41,634 nt of DNA from an uncultured Bacilli bacterium (GCA_947624115.1 CANQIS010000002.1:1-41634); one strand, 5' to 3'. Counted from the stretch's first letter, positions 9,165 through 18,963 are shown. The notes: generated by a model not told the origin, from the sequence alone. A program made the numbers and translations.

Positions 9165-9590
9165 TTATAAAAAAATCAACAAAACTATTGCTACAACTAC
9201 CACTAATAAAATACCTATTATAATATAAATAAAACTCGAAGATTTCCTACTAGGTTCTACCGTATATGGCGAATGAACTTGATTTTCATCATGTTTTTGT
9301 TGTTTACCTTTATTTTTAGCCTGCTTTATATCATCAATCGATATTTTAGACGTATAATCAAACAAATACTCATTAAATTCATCAACCATATCTTCATAAT
9401 TAAGACCAAGATATTTTGAATAATCCCTTATAAAATACTTTAGATAAAAAATATCCTTAAAAGCATCCATATTACCTTGTTCAATATTCTCTATTTGAAT
9501 TTTTTTAACTTTCAAATCCTCAGCAGCTTCTTCAATAGATATTCCCATACTTTCTCTTGTTTCCTGTAATTTAATACCTATGTCTTTCAT
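9165..9590 (-). CDS. RodZ-like XRE-family helix-turn-helix membrane protein
   Basis: It has an N-terminal HTH (LQETRESMGISIEEAAEDLKVKKIQIENIEQG) and a single C-terminal TM helix. It sits directly upstream of pgsA, like B. subtilis rodZ (ymfM). I moved the start to 9590 (SD AGGTG) because the track's first 16 codons overlap the 3' end of the RNase P RNA. Confidence 0.7.
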   Translation of the reverse strand: MKDIGIKLQETRESMGISIEEAAEDLKVKKIQIENIEQGNMDAFKDIFYLKYFIRDYSKYLGLNYEDMVDEFNEYLFDYTSKISIDDIKQAKNKGKQQKHDENQVHSPYTVEPSRKSSSFIYIIIGILLVVVVAIVLLIFL

Positions 9591-9616
9591 TTGACACCTG
9601 CTTTCATTAATTAAAA

Positions 9617-9984
9617 AAAATAATATTTTATAAGCCATGTTCTGTTCCTAAAAATAGGCGACAAACATCTATCTATTGCTTTCACAATCCCATAAAAGAT
9701 TCTTTTTCTCTTTTATTAGGTTCCCCTACCAAAATTTGGGTTTCTCACTCGCGGGGTTTACCACGTTCCACTTTTTTCATTTCTAAAAAAAATCGTCACT
9801 TTGGCACTTTATATCTAATATGACCATATTAAAAAACTTAGGTCAATTCGACGCCGTTAACAAAAAAATGTTACCTTAGGTTATTTTTTCCCTAAGCGCG
9901 AACACTACTATCATCACAGAATAGTGTGAGCATGGACTTTCCTCTATATTATAAAAAATACAGCGTTTGTCAAAATATTATTTT
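9617..9984 (-). ncRNA. rnpB: RNase P RNA, bacterial type B
   Basis: The minus strand contains AGAGGAAAGTCCATGCTCACAC (CR-I). It also contains AGTGGAACGTGGTAAACCCCGCGAGTGAGAAACCCAAATTTTGGTAGGGGAACC, nearly identical to the B. subtilis rnpB core, and ACAGAACATGGCTTA (CR-V). P1 can form between AATAATATTTT (9982..9972) and AAAATATTATT (9629..9619). The ends are approximate. Confidence 0.95.
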
Positions 9985-9985
9985 T

Positions 9986-10318
9986 CTAATCATTATCTTC
10001 TTTACCATAAATAACTTTTTCAATATTAGACAATCTTCTTAAAATATCAGCATTCGTAATTTCCTCATTAGCATTTTCTTTTACTACCTCTAATTTAGTT
10101 CTTAAATTACGAACCTCTTGTTTTAATCTAATATTATCATCGATAAGTTCTTTTTTCTCATTTTCCAATGTATTTATTATATTAGAAAACTCCTCATAAT
10201 CTTTAATTATCATATCTAAAAACTTATCTACCTCTTGTGGTCTATATCCTCTAGTATCAATTTTAAACTCTTTATCTAATATATCTTTAACTGTCAATAG
10301 GACACCTTCTTGATACAT
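9986..10318 (-). CDS. gpsB: Cell cycle protein GpsB (DivIVA-domain)
   Basis: LTVKDILDKEFKIDTRGYRPQEVDKFLDMIIKDYEEF closely matches the GpsB/DivIVA N-terminal domain, and a coiled-coil C-terminus follows. It is adjacent to rnpB, as in B. subtilis. The ATG at 10318 is preceded by GGAAGAGGTG; the track start at 10327 is a GTG inside that SD. Confidence 0.85.
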   Translation of the reverse strand: MYQEGVLLTVKDILDKEFKIDTRGYRPQEVDKFLDMIIKDYEEFSNIINTLENEKKELIDDNIRLKQEVRNLRTKLEVVKENANEEITNADILRRLSNIEKVIYGKEDND

Positions 10319-10401
10319 ATCATACACCTCTTCCTATTCAACAATATTCTCTCAAAAAAAATCACATTTGTCAATTCCTAAAATTATAAGAAAAAAACTA
10401 C

Positions 10402-10494
10402 CTATTTTCTATTCAAACAAGTAGTCCTTCTAATATAACATACATCATCAATCATCTCATTAAAAATATTTTCAATATGATATTTTTCTTTCAT
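10402..10494 (-). CDS. Candidate 30-aa small ORF (MKEKYHIENIFNEMIDDVCYIRRTTCLNRK)
   Basis: A strong SD (AGGAGG) lies 8 nt upstream of the ATG at 10494. The ORF is too short for the track. There is no homology evidence. Confidence 0.25.
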   Translation of the reverse strand: MKEKYHIENIFNEMIDDVCYIRRTTCLNRK

Positions 10495-10843
10495 ACTTTA
10501 TTCCTCCTAATAATAACTTAACATATTTAAAATATAAAAACTTGCTTTTCGACAAAACTAGAATATTATTTCAAAAAATATTAATTTATGACAATTTTCT
10601 ACTAAAGTAAATATAAAAAAACATTACCTACCTACTAAAACAACCATAAATTTCAATAATTACTACATAATAAATAAATTTTATTACTTTTTATAATTGA
10701 TATTTTTTTATTTAACAGGTACATACAAACTTAGTACAACCAAATTAAATTTTTTTCAAATTATAATATAAAAAATAAATTATTTTCATATTTAATAACT
10801 AATTATAATATAATTAATTGAATTATGGAAAGTAGGGAAATAT

Positions 10844-12319
10844 ATGGAAAAAATAGAAATTATAAAAAGCATTACCGAAAGAACTGGAGGAGATATATAT
10901 TTAGGTGTCGTTGGTGCAGTTAGGACAGGTAAATCAACTTTTATAAAAAAAGTTATTGAAAACTTAGTTGTTCCAAACATTGAAGATGAATACGAAAAAA
11001 AACGTGCCTTAGATGAAATACCACAAAGTGCACAAGGTAAAATGATTATGACAACCGAACCTAAATTTGTCCCTAGTAATGCTGCCAAAATATATATTGA
11101 TGATTTTTCAGCCAATATAAGATTAGTTGATTGTGTAGGTTACGTTATACCTAATTGTAAAGGTTATGAAGATGAAAATGGTCCAAGAATGGTTAAAACA
11201 CCATGGTATGATGAAGAAATACCATTTATCGAAGCTGCCGAAATTGGCACTGAAAAAGTTATAAAAGATCATTCGACAATTGGCATTGTCGTAACAACTG
11301 ATGGCTCAATTGGTGAATTAACTAGAAATGATTACATCGAAGCAGAACAACGAGTTATTACTGAACTAAAAGAAATTGGTAAACCTTTTATCGTTGTCAT
11401 GAATTCAGCCCATCCAATGCTGCCAGAAACTGAAAGATTAGCTGAAAAACTAAACCAAGAATATAGTGTACCTGTTCTACCAATTAGTGTTGAAAATATG
11501 ACCGAACGTGATATCTACTCCATTCTAAGAGAAGCATTATATGAATTTCCAGTTATGGAAGTTAAATTCAATATGCCCGAATGGATTGCCTGTCTAGCAC
11601 CTAATAATTGGTTAAAAAAAATATACATGGATAAAATTCGCGAAAGTGTTATCGAAATAGACAAATTAAGAGATATTGAAAATATTACCTCATATTTTAC
11701 TAATTGCGAATATATCAGCAAAGCATATTTATCAGAAGTTAATACCTCTACTGGCGAAGTCACCATCACCTTAGATGCTCCAAATGAACTATATAATCAA
11801 GTATTAAAAGACATAATTGGCATTAATATTGAAAGTAAAGCCGATTTACTTACTTTATTTCAAGATTACAACGAAGCAAAACAAGAATATGATCAAATTA
11901 AAGTTGCTTTAAAAATGGTAAAAACAACAGGTTATGGAGTAGCTTCACCTAGTTTATCAGATATGAAACTAGACACTCCAGAAATAATTCGTCAAGGCAG
12001 TCGTTACGGCATAAAATTAAAAGCAGTTGCACCATCAATACACATGATTAGAGTAGATGTTGAATCAACATTTGAACCAATAATTGGCTCTGAAATTCAA
12101 AGCAAAGAACTTATCGACTACCTAATGAAAGATAAAGACAGTAGTGCTGGAAATATTTGGAAAAGTGAAATATTTGGTAGAAGTTTAGACGTCATTGTCA
12201 AAGAAGGAATCCAAGCAAAATTATCCATGATGCCAGAAAATGCTAGATACAAATTACAACAAACCTTATCAAAATTAGTAAATAAAGGATCAGGTAATTT
12301 GTTTGCCATAGTAATATAA
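10844..12319 (+). CDS. spoIVA: Stage IV sporulation protein A (spore coat morphogenetic ATPase)
   Basis: The N-terminus IYLGVVGAVRTGKSTFIKK (Walker A) and the full-length 491-aa architecture are typical of SpoIVA. Confidence 0.95.
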   Translation: MEKIEIIKSITERTGGDIYLGVVGAVRTGKSTFIKKVIENLVVPNIEDEYEKKRALDEIPQSAQGKMIMTTEPKFVPSNAAKIYIDDFSANIRLVDCVGYVIPNCKGYEDENGPRMVKTPWYDEEIPFIEAAEIGTEKVIKDHSTIGIVVTTDGSIGELTRNDYIEAEQRVITELKEIGKPFIVVMNSAHPMLPETERLAEKLNQEYSVPVLPISVENMTERDIYSILREALYEFPVMEVKFNMPEWIACLAPNNWLKKIYMDKIRESVIEIDKLRDIENITSYFTNCEYISKAYLSEVNTSTGEVTITLDAPNELYNQVLKDIIGINIESKADLLTLFQDYNEAKQEYDQIKVALKMVKTTGYGVASPSLSDMKLDTPEIIRQGSRYGIKLKAVAPSIHMIRVDVESTFEPIIGSEIQSKELIDYLMKDKDSSAGNIWKSEIFGRSLDVIVKEGIQAKLSMMPENARYKLQQTLSKLVNKGSGNLFAIVI

Positions 12320-12345
12320 AAAGAACTTTAGCTAAAGTTCTTTTA
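12318..12345. terminator. Bidirectional terminator between the convergent spoIVA and leuS genes
   Basis: AAAAGAACTTTA-GC-TAAAGTTCTTTT is a perfect 12-bp palindromic stem flanked by A and T runs. It overlaps the leuS stop codon. Confidence 0.7.
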
Positions 12346-14739
12346 TTTTACAACAATATTAAGCATTTTAGGAGGAACAGCTATTAACTTAACAATTTCC
12401 TTGCCATCTACATACTTACAAACATTTTCAATTTCTAATGCCAATTTTTTCATATCTTCTTTTGATATATCGACATCTACCTCTACTTTACCACGTACTT
12501 TTCCATTTACTTGTACAACCATCAAAACCTTTTCGTCTTTTGTTTTAGACATATCACAAACAGGCCATGACGCATAAGCTATTGAATCTTCATTTCCTAA
12601 AAATTGCCATAACTCTTCAGTAATATGTGGAGCTATAGGATTAAGAAGTTTTAAAAAGTTTAAAGCATATTCTTTTGGAAAAACCTCTTCTTTATAAACC
12701 GAATTTATAAAAATCATCATTTGACTAATTGCTGTATTAAAATTCATTGTTTCAAAATCATTTGTAACCTTATTTATTGTCTGATGATAGATTTTTTCAA
12801 GATTTTTATTTTCTTTATCAGAAATTTTATTTTCCTCAACATACAAACGCCATACACGTTCTAAAAATCTTTTAGAGCCTTCAATACCATTTTGATCCCA
12901 AGGCTTAGCGGCTTCCAATGGTCCCATAAACATTTCATAAAGACGTAAACTATCGGCACCATATTGATTAACCATTTCATCTGGATTAACAACATTACCT
13001 TTAGATTTACTCATTTTCTCACCATTTGAACCCAAAATCATACCTTGATGACGTAACTTATAAAATGGTTCTTTTACTGATATATAACCCTTATCATATA
13101 AATAATTATTCCAAAATCTAGAATACAATAAATGACCAACCGCATGTTCTGGACCACCAACATACAAATCAACTGGCATCCAATGATCAATTAATTTTCG
13201 ATCAGCAATTTCTTTATCATTATGAGGATCAATATATCTCAAAAAATACCAACTAGAACCTGCTGATCCAGGCATTGTACTAGTTTCACGTTTACCTTTT
13301 ATACCATTAATTTCAACATTTACCCAATCTTCTGCTTTATTTAGTGGACTAGCCCCTGTTTTACTAGGACTATAATCTGATAAATTAGGTAAAACTAATG
13401 GCAATTCCGAATCATCCAAAACAACATCTTGACCATTATCCAAATGAACAATAGGAATTGGTTCACCCCAATATCTTTGACGAGCAAAAATCCATTCACG
13501 TAAACGATAATTGACTTTTTTACTACCAACTTTATTTTCAACTAACCAATCGACCATTTTTTCAATTGCGCAACTTTTATCTAAACCATTTAAAAATTCA
13601 GAATTAACATGAACACCATCACCTGTATATGCCGATACATTATAATCATTATCACTCTCAATTACTGGTATAATTTCCAAATTAAACTTTCTAGCAAATT
13701 CATAATCACGATCATCATGAGCAGGCACAGCCATAATCGCACCCGTTCCATAAGTTGCCAAAACATAATCAGCTATCCAAATAGGTATTCTTTTATTATT
13801 AACTGGATTAATCGCATAACTGCCAGTAAAAACCCCCGTCTTTTCTTTATTTAACTCTGTTCGTTCCAAATCACTTTTTTTAGAACATTCATTTTTATAA
13901 TTCAAAACTTGAAACATACATTCTTGAGTAGTAATTTTCTCGACTAATTCATGTTCAGGTGAAAGAACACAATATGTTGCTCCAAACAATGTATCAGGTC
14001 TAGTTGTAAAAACAACAAAAGATTGACTAGAATTTTCAACTTTAAAATTAACGTGAGCTCCTACAGATCGACCAATCCAATTTTTCTGCATTTCCTTAGT
14101 AGATTCTGGCCAATCCAATTCATTCAATCCTTCTATTAATCTATCCGCATATCTAGGTATATCAATAACCCATTGTTTCATATTTTTTCGAACAACTGGA
14201 AAACCTCCTCGTTCACTTTTACCATCAATAACCTCATCATTAGCTAAAACAGTTCCTAATTCCTCACACCAATTAACTGGCATATCGATATTTTTCGCAT
14301 AACCATCTTTATATAATTGCTTAAATATCCACTGTGTCCATTTATAAAAACTTGGATCACATGTTGATACTTCCCTATCCCAATCAAAAGAGAAACCCAA
14401 CATTTTTAACTGCTTTTTAAATGTCTCAATATTTTTTTTAGTAAATCCTTCTGGATGATTACCTGTCTTTATCGCATATTGTTCAGCTGGTAAACCAAAC
14501 GAATCAAAACCCATTGGATGTAAAACATTATATCCCTGCATTCTTTTCATACGAGATACAATATCCGTAGCTGTATACCCCTCAGGATGACCTACATGCA
14601 AACCTTGTCCAGATGGATATGGAAACATATCAAGTGCATAAAATTTTGGCTTATCAAAATCCCATATATCAGTTTTAAAAGTTTTATTTTCTTCCCAATA
14701 ATTTTGCCACTTTTCTTCTATCTTTTTAAAATCATACAT
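12343..14739 (-). CDS. leuS: Leucine--tRNA ligase
   Basis: It has a HIGH motif (HVGHPEGY), a KMSKS motif (KMSKSKGN) and a 798-aa class Ia architecture with a CP1 editing domain. Confidence 0.98.
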   Translation of the reverse strand: MYDFKKIEEKWQNYWEENKTFKTDIWDFDKPKFYALDMFPYPSGQGLHVGHPEGYTATDIVSRMKRMQGYNVLHPMGFDSFGLPAEQYAIKTGNHPEGFTKKNIETFKKQLKMLGFSFDWDREVSTCDPSFYKWTQWIFKQLYKDGYAKNIDMPVNWCEELGTVLANDEVIDGKSERGGFPVVRKNMKQWVIDIPRYADRLIEGLNELDWPESTKEMQKNWIGRSVGAHVNFKVENSSQSFVVFTTRPDTLFGATYCVLSPEHELVEKITTQECMFQVLNYKNECSKKSDLERTELNKEKTGVFTGSYAINPVNNKRIPIWIADYVLATYGTGAIMAVPAHDDRDYEFARKFNLEIIPVIESDNDYNVSAYTGDGVHVNSEFLNGLDKSCAIEKMVDWLVENKVGSKKVNYRLREWIFARQRYWGEPIPIVHLDNGQDVVLDDSELPLVLPNLSDYSPSKTGASPLNKAEDWVNVEINGIKGKRETSTMPGSAGSSWYFLRYIDPHNDKEIADRKLIDHWMPVDLYVGGPEHAVGHLLYSRFWNNYLYDKGYISVKEPFYKLRHQGMILGSNGEKMSKSKGNVVNPDEMVNQYGADSLRLYEMFMGPLEAAKPWDQNGIEGSKRFLERVWRLYVEENKISDKENKNLEKIYHQTINKVTNDFETMNFNTAISQMMIFINSVYKEEVFPKEYALNFLKLLNPIAPHITEELWQFLGNEDSIAYASWPVCDMSKTKDEKVLMVVQVNGKVRGKVEVDVDISKEDMKKLALEIENVCKYVDGKEIVKLIAVPPKMLNIVVK

Positions 14740-14740
14740 A

Positions 14741-15085
14741 CTAATTACCTTCCTTTTTCTTTAAATTCTTTCCTAATAATTTATAAACAACAAAAATTAA
14801 AATTAAAAATATTACAAATCCTACTAACATACTTAAAATAAAATTATTAATAAACAATGTTACTAAATAAACCAAAGAAACTATTAATGAATTACACAAA
14901 GCTATCTTGCTGGCCAGCTCTTTAGAATTAATTTTATCAACATCTACCTTATATTTTGTAATCAAAAGCCTAGCTTCAAGACTAGTTTTTATTTTATTAA
15001 TAATCTTTTTTCTACTAATTACAAAAATAAAATAAACGAGATAAACAACAACAAAACTTAATAAAAAATTAATAACATAATTCAT
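14741..15085 (-). CDS. Small membrane protein (2-3 TM), first gene of the T-box-controlled leuS operon
   Basis: This 114-aa ORF has hydrophobic N- and C-terminal segments. SD AGGAGG lies upstream. Its TAG stop is 1 nt from the leuS ATG (TAG-T-ATG), which implies translational coupling. Confidence 0.6.
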   Translation of the reverse strand: MNYVINFLLSFVVVYLVYFIFVISRKKIINKIKTSLEARLLITKYKVDVDKINSKELASKIALCNSLIVSLVYLVTLFINNFILSMLVGFVIFLILIFVVYKLLGKNLKKKEGN

Positions 15086-15099
15086 AAATATCCTCCTAA

Positions 15100-15335
15100 A
15101 ACCAAGAAAAAGACATTAATCTTTAAGGACGTAATATACGCGGTACCACCTTAATTCATAATAATCTTTATGCTCTCAAATATTTTTAACGCAAATCTAC
15201 GTCATATATTTATCATATATGAAACTAAAAGAAGCAAGTTCATAATTAATATTAAAAGTTTACACCAACCACTTTTTCTCTACATAATATTTAAAATTAT
15301 TACTACTCTTCCCATCACAGTCTTTTTAATTCCTA
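15100..15335 (-). promoter_or_regulatory. T-box leader (tRNA-sensing riboswitch), probably Leu-specific
   Basis: The minus strand carries the conserved T-box sequence AATTAAGGTGGTACCGCG (15156..15139). Upstream are Stem I elements GATGGGAAGAGTAGTAA (GA / AGTA-I region), GTAGAGAAAAAGTGGTTGGTG (AGAGA box and distal loop) and GAACTTG (a CUU Leu triplet followed by a purine). I could not confidently resolve the terminator helix. Confidence 0.8.
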
Positions 15336-15340
15336 AAAAA

Positions 15341-15369
15341 ATTATAACACACACTTTAACTTAATTCAA
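15341..15369 (-). promoter_or_regulatory. Sigma-A-type promoter driving the T-box leader
   Basis: The minus strand reads TTGAAT (15369..15364), a 17-nt spacer, then TATAAT (15346..15341). Confidence 0.55.
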
Positions 15370-15437
15370 TACAAAATAATTCAAAAAAATCACAGTATAT
15401 ATTACTAATACAACTATGATTTTTTATAAATATATTT

Positions 15438-17870
15438 TTAAACCTCACTAATATATTCTAACAATTTTAAAAACAAACGTATAAATTTTCTTTGAAGGCC
15501 AACTCTTTTTAATTTTCTTAATTCAATTCTTTTCTTCTTAATTGGTAATTCACTAAAAATAATTTGATCGATAGTATCTTTCATTTCTGTTTCGATTTGT
15601 AAATCGTACAAAATTGATTGAATATCCTCATTTATTAACTTAACCGCATCTATTTCGATATTTTTACCCTTACAATTTAAAGTTAATTGTCCAATAGTTG
15701 GTATATCTTTTAACTCAACCACAAAATCTGTATCTTCAACATAACATTTACATTCAACAGGTTCATTATTAAAATAAGCAATAACATCATTAGCCTCTTT
15801 TGTATTTCTAAAACGTACTTTATAATTTCTAAGTTCTGGTATAATACCACTTTTACCTTCAATAGCTCTTATAATTACTGTATAATTACTTGGTAAATAA
15901 TTATATTCAATCAAAGATTTAATATAAAAACCCTTTTTATATAAATCACTTACACCATCATCTTCATATAACTCATATTTATTATTTCGTCCAGGAAAAA
16001 TTTGAATTTCCAAATTTTTAGGTGGTGTCGTATCATTCATATTATCATTATCACCTAATAAAATTATTGAGCCTGCTTTAGCAAAAACTGGATAATCATT
16101 ATCCTTAAAAAAAGATACATAATTTTTTCCACCTGGAAATTTCTTACCAGTTACAAAATCATACCAAATACCATCTGGCATATAAAATTTATGAATAACC
16201 CTCTGCATAACAGGTTCTTTTTTATTAATAATCGGACATATAAATAATTCACTACCTAAATAATATTCATTGCGATAAATTGGATCATCATACATTTCAG
16301 GATTTTTATAATAAATAGGCTGAATAATTGGAATACCAAATTTGTGATATTTATAAGCCTCGGCATATAAATAAGGAATTAAACGATGACGTAATTGCAA
16401 ATAATCTTTAACAATTCCATACGTTTTATAACCCCATTTCCAAGGTTCCCTTCGATAATATTTTCCTTTCTCACTACCAAACTTTAAAATTGGACTAAAA
16501 GTTCCAAGTTGTACATATCTAGTATACAATTCATCATCTTCAATTCCTTTATAAAATCCACCAATATCATGACTCCACCAACTAACACCATTATTAGCTG
16601 CACTAGCATTATGAATAGGAATTAATTTTAAAGTTGACCAACTAACAACACTTCGACCAGAATATAATACTGGATAACGATGTGGTGCAACCAAAGAATT
16701 AGTTGTAAGCAACATCGGTCTTCTTTTATAATTTCGCATCATATCATAAAAATGATAATGATTTAAAATCCACAATTCATTATTATTCTTAGGATTATTA
16801 TAATCAAGCCAAAAAAAATCTACATCTAAATTATCAAGTGGATGAATTAAAAGTTTTAAATAAACATCTAAGAATTTAGGATCCAAAACATTAAAAGGAA
16901 TTATAGTACCAGGTGTTACATTTAAATATTCACAAATTTTATTATAATATACCTCATACGGATATATCCCATCACTAGGATCAATATTTAACCCTAATCT
17001 AATTCCTTTAGAATGCAAATAATCAATTGTTTCCTTTGGATTTTTAATTAAACCATTATTAAAAGTAAAACCTGTTTTAATATTCTTAATATCCTCATGA
17101 CGATTTAAATGCCACTCATTATTTAATACCATAACAGATAATGGAATATTATTAAAACTAAAATCATCTACCAAACTTCTTAATTGCTCATCATTATAAG
17201 AAATATTTCGACTCCACCAATTACCAAGTGCATATCTTGGAATTAAAGCAGGATAACCAGTTAGCTTATAATAATCATCTAAACAACCTTGAAAATCATT
17301 TAAATACATAAACAAATAAATATCAATATTGTCTTTATCTTCATTTCTTTGAATAACACTACCAGATTCTTCTATAATCATACTCTTAGAATCATCTATA
17401 CTAACAAATCCATCAATCGAATATAAACCCTTTTTATATTTTACTTTATGATTTCCTTTATCACGAGCTTTTTCATATAATTCAAGACCAGGACTACCAT
17501 AATTTCTAACTTCTGGATGTCCATAATACCAAACACGATCCGTACCAAGTAATGCAACCCCTAAATTAGCTGTTGGGCTTATTTTAGGAGCCGAAAAAGG
17601 TTTGTCTTTCAAATAAGTTAAACAAAAATACTTAGTTGTTATTTCCAAATATTTAGAATCCTGTTTTATTTTAAAATTTACAGCACCTAAATCCCTATTC
17701 CATACAAGTTGTGTTGGCCTATCCTCAAAAATACCATTCTCATTATATTCTAACCTAACCAACCTTTCCGTCATAACCGTAATTCTATATTTTTGACCAA
17801 CAATTACATTTTTGGGATTAGCCTTTGCATGCTCATAACTAACCTCAAATTGTTCACCTAATTTATACAT
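15438..17870 (-). CDS. Glycoside hydrolase family 31 protein (alpha-glucosidase/alpha-xylosidase-like), cytoplasmic
   Basis: It has a GH31-like nucleophile region (DVDFFWLDYNNP) and acid/base region (WWSHDIGGF). The protein is 810 aa with no signal peptide. It starts 12 nt after the divIC stop. Confidence 0.85.
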   Translation of the reverse strand: MYKLGEQFEVSYEHAKANPKNVIVGQKYRITVMTERLVRLEYNENGIFEDRPTQLVWNRDLGAVNFKIKQDSKYLEITTKYFCLTYLKDKPFSAPKISPTANLGVALLGTDRVWYYGHPEVRNYGSPGLELYEKARDKGNHKVKYKKGLYSIDGFVSIDDSKSMIIEESGSVIQRNEDKDNIDIYLFMYLNDFQGCLDDYYKLTGYPALIPRYALGNWWSRNISYNDEQLRSLVDDFSFNNIPLSVMVLNNEWHLNRHEDIKNIKTGFTFNNGLIKNPKETIDYLHSKGIRLGLNIDPSDGIYPYEVYYNKICEYLNVTPGTIIPFNVLDPKFLDVYLKLLIHPLDNLDVDFFWLDYNNPKNNNELWILNHYHFYDMMRNYKRRPMLLTTNSLVAPHRYPVLYSGRSVVSWSTLKLIPIHNASAANNGVSWWSHDIGGFYKGIEDDELYTRYVQLGTFSPILKFGSEKGKYYRREPWKWGYKTYGIVKDYLQLRHRLIPYLYAEAYKYHKFGIPIIQPIYYKNPEMYDDPIYRNEYYLGSELFICPIINKKEPVMQRVIHKFYMPDGIWYDFVTGKKFPGGKNYVSFFKDNDYPVFAKAGSIILLGDNDNMNDTTPPKNLEIQIFPGRNNKYELYEDDGVSDLYKKGFYIKSLIEYNYLPSNYTVIIRAIEGKSGIIPELRNYKVRFRNTKEANDVIAYFNNEPVECKCYVEDTDFVVELKDIPTIGQLTLNCKGKNIEIDAVKLINEDIQSILYDLQIETEMKDTIDQIIFSELPIKKKRIELRKLKRVGLQRKFIRLFLKLLEYISEV

Positions 17871-17882
17871 AACAACAACCCC

Positions 17883-18323
17883 TTATTCATCCCTATTTGA
17901 ATTTCTTATTCTTTTTAATATAATCAAAACAACTAATAATAAAATTGATATAACTGCAACAATTACATAATTATACAAATCATTTTGTGATTCTTCAGGT
18001 TCAACAATTTCATCTTCCTCATCCAATATATTAGCAAAAATATACTCTCCTTGTTCCTTAGAATATAAAAAATATTCCCTAGCATACCTAGCCTTATATT
18101 CATCATTCTTTAATTTATCAAGTTCCTTATTTAAATTTGTTTCTTCCCCTTGCAACTCAACTAAATTATTCTCCAAATTTTGTTGTTCTTTACTTAAACT
18201 TTTAATATCAAAAACCATTGTAATAGTATTAATAATAAAATATGAAATTATTACAACTGAAAAAGTACCAAAAAAAAGCAATCTCATTTTAGATTCTTTA
18301 GTAATTCGCCTTTTTTTCGCCAT
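17883..18323 (-). CDS. divIC: Septum formation initiator family protein (DivIC/FtsB-like)
   Basis: It has an N-terminal TM helix, a leucine-zipper-like coiled coil (LENNLVELQGEETNLNKELDKLKND) and the motif YKARYAREYFLYSKEQGEYIF. It lies after yabP-yabQ. An extra C-terminal TM helix is unusual. Confidence 0.7.
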   Translation of the reverse strand: MAKKRRITKESKMRLLFFGTFSVVIISYFIINTITMVFDIKSLSKEQQNLENNLVELQGEETNLNKELDKLKNDEYKARYAREYFLYSKEQGEYIFANILDEEDEIVEPEESQNDLYNYVIVAVISILLLVVLIILKRIRNSNRDE

Positions 18324-18358
18324 AGAACCACCATCCTACTTACTATAAGATAAGTATA

Positions 18359-18646
18359 TCATTTTTTATTTCTTTTTGCAATAATTCTATTCAGACAAAT
18401 GTCAACAAAAAATCCAATAATAATCATAATCAATGAATAAGGATGTAAAATAGCATTATTAATTTTTCTAATACCAATAAAATAAAAAAAGACAAAAATC
18501 ATAATTAATAAAAAAGATGAAATTACTTTAATTAACCTTTTAGAATTATAAATAAACTTATAATTAATATTTAAAAATATGGAAAATATAAAACCATAAA
18601 AAAAAGAAAAACAAATCAAACTAATTTGTGTATTTAAATCCATCAT
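18359..18646 (-). CDS. yabQ: Spore cortex biosynthesis protein YabQ-like small membrane protein
   Basis: This 95-aa, 3-TM protein overlaps yabP by 4 nt (ATGA). The call rests mainly on conserved position and topology. Confidence 0.6.
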   Translation of the reverse strand: MMDLNTQISLICFSFFYGFIFSIFLNINYKFIYNSKRLIKVISSFLLIMIFVFFYFIGIRKINNAILHPYSLIMIIIGFFVDICLNRIIAKRNKK

Positions 18647-18933
18647 TTAAATAACTTATTAAACATTCCTTCATCTTTATTTTTTTTAGATAAATTTTCC
18701 ATATAAGATAAACTATTTACTTTTCCTTTTATTGAAACATTACCTTGATATGTATCTAATTTTACAATTTCTAAATCTGAACCTTTCAAAACAATATAAC
18801 CCATATTTGTTTCCATTAAAAATTCTTCATTATCAAAACTATCTATCTTCTTAACCCCACTAATAACTATATTTTTTCTTTCACTAATTGTTACAACATG
18901 TCCTAATGTATTAAATGTTTCTACCTTATCCAT
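18643..18933 (-). CDS. yabP: Sporulation protein YabP
   Basis: VVTISERKNIVISGVKKIDSFDNEEFLMETNMGYIVLKGSDLEIVKLDTYQGNVSIKGKVNSLSY matches the YabP family pattern. Confidence 0.85.
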   Translation of the reverse strand: MDKVETFNTLGHVVTISERKNIVISGVKKIDSFDNEEFLMETNMGYIVLKGSDLEIVKLDTYQGNVSIKGKVNSLSYMENLSKKNKDEGMFNKLFK

Positions 18934-18963
18934 AAAAATTCCTCCTACTAAATTATATGGACA

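Noticed and set aside
8886-9170. Plus-strand ORF antisense to pgsA
   Set aside because: It is a shadow ORF inside a conserved gene, with no RBS.
9591-9638. N-terminal extension (MAYKILFFLINESRCQ) of the rodZ-like ORF as given by the track
   Set aside because: These codons overlap the conserved 3' end of the RNase P RNA (ACAGAACATGGCTTA and the P1 strand). A proper SD (AGGTG) precedes the internal ATG at 9590.
10792-11115. Minus-strand 107-aa ORF overlapping the spoIVA start
   Set aside because: It is antisense to the highly conserved SpoIVA N-terminus, hydrophobic and low complexity, with no SD.
11515-12309. Minus-strand ORFs 11515..11769 and 12118..12309 inside spoIVA
   Set aside because: They are shadow ORFs antisense to a conserved gene.
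13609-14841. Plus-strand ORFs 13609..13854 and 14587..14841, antisense to leuS and the small membrane gene
   Set aside because: They are shadow ORFs with I/N/Y-rich AT-driven composition.
15170-15364. Plus-strand 64-aa ORF in the leuS upstream region
   Set aside because: The region is explained by the minus-strand T-box leader and its promoter. The ORF has no SD.
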